From Gammaproteobacteria bacterium (GTDB taxonomy: Bacteria; Pseudomonadota; Gammaproteobacteria; Eutrophobiales; Eutrophobiaceae): a DNA stretch of 64,000 nucleotides. Both the position numbers and the translations under genes were made by a program. Within the stretch, counting starts at the first letter, position 1; every line of letters starts with the position of its first letter. Positions 60,768-64,000 of this stretch are shown here, piece by piece. The stretch lies in contig OZ220696.1 of NCBI GenBank assembly GCA_965116495.1, forward strand, positions 160,001-224,000, written 5' to 3'. Below the pieces are notes generated by a model that saw nothing but the letters and a program-made list of their open reading frames with translations, ran no database searches and was not told the DNA's origin.

Positions 60768-61496
60768 ATGGGAAACATGCCAGGACACATCGCCATTGTC
60801 ATGGATGGCAACGGCAGGTGGGCAAAAAGCAGGGGACTGCCACGCGCAGCCGGTCATAGAGCCGGTATAAGTGCATTGCGTGAAACGGTCGAACACAGTA
60901 TTCGCCGCGGGATCCGGACACTTACCGTTTATGTTTTCAGCAGCGAAAACTGGCAGCGGCCGGATACCGAGGTAGCATTGTTGATTGAACTGTTCATCAA
61001 TGCGTTGAATGACGAGATCGACGAGTTGTATAAAAATAATGTCCGCCTGTCTTTTATCGGTGACATTTCTGTATTTCCGGAAGAATTGCAGTACTCAGTC
61101 CGGCATGCCGGATACAAAACCTCGGCAAATCACGGATTAAACCTGGTTATAGCGATAAATTATGGCGGCCGTCAGGAGATTGTATCCGCCTGCAAGAAGC
61201 TCTTTGCTGCATCGTCCGCAGCAAATCGGGGCGAAGATTATGTCTCGGAAGAGACGTTAAGGCGTTACCTGGAACTGCCGGAATATCCTGATCTGTTTAT
61301 TCGCACAGGTGGAGAGGTGCGTATCAGTAATTTCCTGTTGTGGCAACTGGCTTATACGGAAATGTATTTTACCGATGTGTACTGGCCGGATTTTAACGCT
61401 GCCGAGTTTGACAAGGCGTTGGAGTCCTATATCGGCAGGCAGCGTCGTTTCGGTCGCACATCAGAACAACTCAGGCAGCATGAAAATACAGGTTAA
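60768..61496 (+). CDS. uppS: Undecaprenyl diphosphate synthase
   Basis: HIAIVMDGNGRWA, FSSENW, IRTGGEVRISNFLLWQ. Confidence 0.97.
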   Translation: MGNMPGHIAIVMDGNGRWAKSRGLPRAAGHRAGISALRETVEHSIRRGIRTLTVYVFSSENWQRPDTEVALLIELFINALNDEIDELYKNNVRLSFIGDISVFPEELQYSVRHAGYKTSANHGLNLVIAINYGGRQEIVSACKKLFAASSAANRGEDYVSEETLRRYLELPEYPDLFIRTGGEVRISNFLLWQLAYTEMYFTDVYWPDFNAAEFDKALESYIGRQRRFGRTSEQLRQHENTG

Positions 61497-62313
61497 TCCA
61501 CGCGTCAGCACTGCCCTGGTATTAATACCGCTGGTTCTGGTAGTTACCGTTTACGGTACACACGTACTGTTCGCCGGTTTATGCGCCGTTGCAATTCTGG
61601 CGGGCACCTGGGAATGGACAGGTCTGGCAGGACCGCGGCAAAGACGCTGGAAAGCTGGTGTATTGATAGTCACCGCGTTGCTTTTGACAGCCTGTTACTT
61701 CAATATTGGCAGTATTATGACGTTGTTTATCTTGGGTTTTTCGCTTGCCTGGTGGGTAGTGGCCCTGGTATTGATCCTGCGCCGGCAAGACGGTAAAAAT
61801 TTCAGCCCCCCAGCGGTATTACAGACGGGCATCGGTATTATTGTATTGGTTCCGGCCTGGGTATCGCTGGTTGCACTGCATGCTCATCCTGAATTGCAGG
61901 GGCCTGTACTGGTAGCCTGTCTGTTTATATTGATCTGGATGGCGGACACCGGGGCCTATTACGTAGGTCAAAGATGGGGCAGGAAAAAACTTGTCAGCCA
62001 GGTCAGTCCGGGTAAAACCTGGGAGGGTTTATACGGTGCTCTCGGGTTTGGCATGTGCGCCGCGGCCATGTCTGCCCTGATGCTGCAAATGACGCTGTAC
62101 AAGTCCATACTGTTTCTGCTGGTCTGCCTGATCACGCTGGCCATGTCTGTTGTCGGAGACCTCTTGGAAAGTATGATAAAGAGAAGTGGAGGTGTGAAGG
62201 ACAGCGGAGGGTTGTTGCCCGGCCACGGAGGTGCGTTGGACCGGATTGACAGTCTCACTGCGGCGGCGCCGGTATTTTTCACAGGTGTCCTGTTAATGGA
62301 GAGAGTAAATTGA
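61480..62313 (+). CDS. cdsA: Phosphatidate cytidylyltransferase
   Basis: [36 protein letters not shown]. Confidence 0.95.
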   Translation: MKIQVNPRVSTALVLIPLVLVVTVYGTHVLFAGLCAVAILAGTWEWTGLAGPRQRRWKAGVLIVTALLLTACYFNIGSIMTLFILGFSLAWWVVALVLILRRQDGKNFSPPAVLQTGIGIIVLVPAWVSLVALHAHPELQGPVLVACLFILIWMADTGAYYVGQRWGRKKLVSQVSPGKTWEGLYGALGFGMCAAAMSALMLQMTLYKSILFLLVCLITLAMSVVGDLLESMIKRSGGVKDSGGLLPGHGGALDRIDSLTAAAPVFFTGVLLMERVN

Positions 62314-63491
62314 TCGGTGTAACTATCCTGGGATCAACCGGTAGTATCGGGATAAGTACACTGGATGTAATGTCCAGGCACAGGGATTTGTTCGAACTGG
62401 TCGCACTTACGGGGAATACCAACGTCAGGGGTATGCTTGAGCAATGCCTCGTGTGGAGGCCGATGTATGCCGCCATGGCGGACACTGAAGCCGCCGACCT
62501 GTTGCAGGATGCGCTGAAACACGAGGCGCCGGACATCAAGGTGCTATCAGGACAGGAGGGACTGCAGGAGGTCGCCGGCTGTGACGAGACAGACTACGTG
62601 ATGGCCGCAATTGTCGGCGCCGCGGGTTTACTGCCTACACTGGCGGCTGCGCGCAGCGGCAAGCGGGTATTGCTTGCCAATAAGGAAGCGTTGGTCATGT
62701 CGGGAAAATTGTTTATGGATGCTGTAAGGGAAAGCGGCGCCCAGTTACTGCCCATCGACAGTGAGCACAATGCCATCTTCCAGTGTATGCCGCGCAATTT
62801 CAACAATGGATTGGAACAGGCCGGCGTAACGCGCATCCTGCTGACCGCATCGGGTGGGCCGTTCCGGACAAAACGCTTGCAAGAGTTGAGAAATGTGACG
62901 CCTGCCGAGGCATGTGCACATCCCAACTGGGATATGGGAAGGAAGATATCGGTGGATTCCGCCACCATGATGAACAAGGGACTGGAAGTGATTGAAGCCT
63001 GCTGGCTGTTTGATACGACAACTGAGAGTGTTGAGGTCGTCATCCATCCGGAGAGTGTTATTCATTCCCTGGTTGAGTATTCCGATGGTTCGGTCCTGGC
63101 GCAGTTGGGAAATCCTGATATGCGCACGCCCATAGCCCATGCCATGGCCTGGCCGGGACGAATCGACTCCGGAGTGGAGAAACTGAGCCTGTCGGATATC
63201 TCACAGTTGAACTTTGAAAAACCCGACCCGGACAGGTTCCCATGCCTGGGGCTGGCCAGGCAGGCATTGGCCGAGGGGGGAGCGGCCACGACGATATTGA
63301 ATGCCGCCAATGAAGTTGCGGTTGCGGAATTTCTGGGAAACCATATCAGGTATACGGCGATAGCGGATGTTGTGAAACAGACCCTGGACGGTGTTGTAAA
63401 CCAGGCTGCCGATACGCTGGAACAGGTCCTGGACGCGGACAGGCGGGCCAGGGATTACGCAGATGATCAATGCAGGAGGCTATATTCATGA
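62310..63491 (+). CDS. dxr: 1-deoxy-D-xylulose-5-phosphate reductoisomerase
   Basis: [34 protein letters not shown]. Confidence 0.98.
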   Translation: MIGVTILGSTGSIGISTLDVMSRHRDLFELVALTGNTNVRGMLEQCLVWRPMYAAMADTEAADLLQDALKHEAPDIKVLSGQEGLQEVAGCDETDYVMAAIVGAAGLLPTLAAARSGKRVLLANKEALVMSGKLFMDAVRESGAQLLPIDSEHNAIFQCMPRNFNNGLEQAGVTRILLTASGGPFRTKRLQELRNVTPAEACAHPNWDMGRKISVDSATMMNKGLEVIEACWLFDTTTESVEVVIHPESVIHSLVEYSDGSVLAQLGNPDMRTPIAHAMAWPGRIDSGVEKLSLSDISQLNFEKPDPDRFPCLGLARQALAEGGAATTILNAANEVAVAEFLGNHIRYTAIADVVKQTLDGVVNQAADTLEQVLDADRRARDYADDQCRRLYS

Positions 63492-64000
63492 TCGACGTAG
63501 TGCAGATGATTTTTGCGTTTATCTTCGCCCTGGGGATCTTGATCACCTTTCATGAGTTCGGGCATTACTGGGTTGCCAGGAAATGCGATGTAAAAATCCT
63601 GCGATTTTCAGTTGGCTTCGGACGTCCCCTGTGGCGGAAGGAATTCGGCAGGGATAATACCGAGTTCATCGTAGGCGCAGTCCCACTGGGCGGCTACGTG
63701 AAAATGCTGGACGAACGGGAGGACACCGTGCCCGAGACGGAACGAACCAGGGCATTTAATAACAAGTCACTCGGTGAGCGGTTTGCCATTGTCGTAGCCG
63801 GACCGTTATTCAATTTTATTTTTGCCGTGCTGGCTTACTGGATTATCTATGTAATCGGGACCACCGGGTTGAAACCCCTGGTCGGCTACGTAGAGGCGGG
63901 TTCTGTTGCCATGCAGGCCGGTTTTCGGGTAGATGATGAAATTACGGGAATTAACGGACAGGGAACACCAACCTGGAATACGGCCCTGGAGAAACTGGTC
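63488..64000 (+). CDS. rseP: RIP metalloprotease RseP, runs off the window edge
   Basis: Own translation [30 protein letters not shown]...FSVGFG...PLGGYVKM; follows dxr. Confidence 0.93.
   Translation, partial: MIDVVQMIFAFIFALGILITFHEFGHYWVARKCDVKILRFSVGFGRPLWRKEFGRDNTEFIVGAVPLGGYVKMLDEREDTVPETERTRAFNNKSLGERFAIVVAGPLFNFIFAVLAYWIIYVIGTTGLKPLVGYVEAGSVAMQAGFRVDDEITGINGQGTPTWNTALEKLV

Overview
Gammaproteobacterial chromosome segment, mostly housekeeping: glyA-nrdR-ribD-nusB-thiL, ispB, rplU-rpmA-obgE-proB, rpsT, murJ-ribF-ileS-lspA-ispH, prc, dusA-mutH-glnD-map, rpsB-tsf-pyrH-frr-uppS-cdsA-dxr-rseP, and tRNA-Pro(CGG). The accessory content has five highlights. (1) A fully delimited ~4.0 kb IS1595-family element (47383-51373; 24-bp perfect TIRs, 8-bp TSD TTTGCGTT). 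Its transposase is multiply inactivated, but it carries an intact Panacea/SocA-type antitoxin with a small membrane protein and an intact N4-cytosine MTase with a ThaI-like restriction enzyme. (2) An AhpD/CMD-like gene split by an in-frame UGA in a C-F-Y-U-x-x-x-H motif with a SECIS-like hairpin, a probable selenoprotein, ending an oxidative catabolic cluster next to tRNA-Pro. (3) A GOLPH3/GPP34-like domain fused to a cytochrome P450, preceded by an apparently collapsed Rieske oxygenase remnant and facing an RND efflux operon. (4) Ribosomal protein S2 with a long repeat linker and an extra ~110-aa globular C-terminal domain. (5) An Anbu / alpha-E / circularly permuted ATP-grasp locus with no transglutaminase and a GST upstream. 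Intergenic spaces hold several families of palindromic REP/MITE-like repeats, some of which supply gene starts and ends. All family assignments come from motif recognition by eye; no database searches were run.
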